64,000 bases of DNA, taken from the NCBI RefSeq assembly GCF_041956535.1, contig NW_027192196.1:799823-863822 (forward strand). Direction: 5' to 3'. Position 1 is the stretch's first letter. Each line of letters starts with the position of its first letter. Positions 63,103-64,000 of the stretch are shown in pieces. The position numbers and the translations under genes were made by a program. The notes under the pieces were generated by a model. It had not been told where the DNA came from. It made no database searches and saw only the letters and a program-made list of their open reading frames with translations. This stretch comes from Calcarisporiella thermophila CBS 279.70. Lineage: Eukaryota; Fungi; Calcarisporiellomycota.

Positions 63103-64000
63103 ATGGAATCACAGCCGCTATTTAATATCCTAGAGAATGTTTTTGGTACCATTGGGACTATATTCTGGTCCTTTCAGCTGCTTCCACAGATATGGAAAAA
63201 CTGGAAGAATAAGTCTTCCAAGGGACTATCGGTAGGGACTCTTTTGCATTTCCACATTCGGTCCTGCTTTTCCAACCTGTTCACTGCTTCCTTGAAACAG
63301 GTCATGATGATGATCCTCTGGTCGCTTTCTGGTGTCTTCTTTGGTGCATATGCAATTCTACTCGATCTCTCCATCCCACTCATCGTGCAACCACAAGTGT
63401 TTGGTTTTTTGGGCATGATATGCGTGATTCAACACTACTACTATGACTGTGGATTGTCCAGAGCTAGAAGCGTTTCGCTTCTTGTAGGCTGTATGGCCGG
63501 TTTTGGAGTAGTGGAGTATGGGTTTGTACGGTTAGCGTGGCTCGCCGTTGGGAACGGGGCCCATTGGATGCTGGATGTTGTGGGTTCGATTTCCGTATCG
63601 CTGCTTACTCTGGGATTTTTGCCACAGTATATTGACATCTATCGTAAATAGCAGACGATGAGTGTAGAGTGAGTCTGGGCTATATCGCTAACCTTCTGTT
63701 TTATAGGCGAGAAAAGGGTATACGGGATTTCCCTCGGGTTCCTGGCGGTCGATATCTCGGGGGCTGCGTTTTCAATTGTGAGCCTTGGCAAGTACACTTT
63801 TCTTGGGCTCCTCATTCTTCGTGATGGGAAGCTATCTGTAAATAAAGGGCAACGTTTCCTAGTAAGTTCTTGTTTTCATAGGGTTTCGTCCTCCGCCATT
63901 TGATGTGTTGGCGGCCTTCAACTACATCTCCGTGTTGGTTCTGGACCTAGGCATTGTTCTTTTCTATTTCGTCACCAATTACTGGTATAAGAGGTCAATG
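63103..64000 (+). CDS. PQ-loop repeat transporter (3' end beyond window)
   Basis: ENVFGTIGTIFWSFQLLPQIWKNW...KGLS and a second PQ loop GFLPQYIDIY...VYGIS..FLAVDISGAAFSIVSL. Confidence 0.9.

Noticed and set aside
1-64000. tRNA, rRNA, CRISPR arrays, prokaryotic operons, telomeric repeats
   Set aside because: None seen by eye, and the sequence is spliced eukaryotic DNA. A tRNAscan-SE/Infernal run would be needed to exclude small RNAs fully.

Overview
Gene-dense eukaryotic DNA from a fungus. It most likely belongs to an early-diverging lineage (Mucoromycota/Zoopagomycota-like), inferred from many 50-80 nt GT-AG introns, two GPI-type chitin deacetylases, a Chs4/Skt5 activator and an animal-type QDPR. 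About 29 spliced protein-coding genes can be reconstructed by hand. Housekeeping genes include TRM3, MGE1, SHP1/p47, CDC4, a SAM35/metaxin-like gene, a FAM32A-like gene, an RSF1/CECR2-like PHD gene and a MiT/Rtg3-like bHLH gene. There are also transporters and receptors (two MFS, PQ-loop, 7TM), cell-wall and secreted proteins, and several orphans. I found no tRNA, rRNA, CRISPR array or intact transposon. Four observations stand out. (1) A full-length, intact S-adenosylhomocysteine hydrolase paralogue (38240-39747) has essentially every catalytic and substrate-binding residue replaced while the NAD-binding and oligomerisation elements are kept, so it is a probable pseudoenzyme, lying in tandem with QDPR. 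(2) An orphan disordered protein (1223-2788) carries an ABBA/KEN-like/D-box-GY cassette resembling the APC/C pseudosubstrate inhibitor Acm1. (3) An orphan has twin MCB promoter boxes and a canonical Cdc4 phosphodegron. (4) A 139-aa protein is built from a duplicated GPxFxMxxNP[DE]TGxxECG motif. All family calls come from motif recognition by eye; no database search was run.
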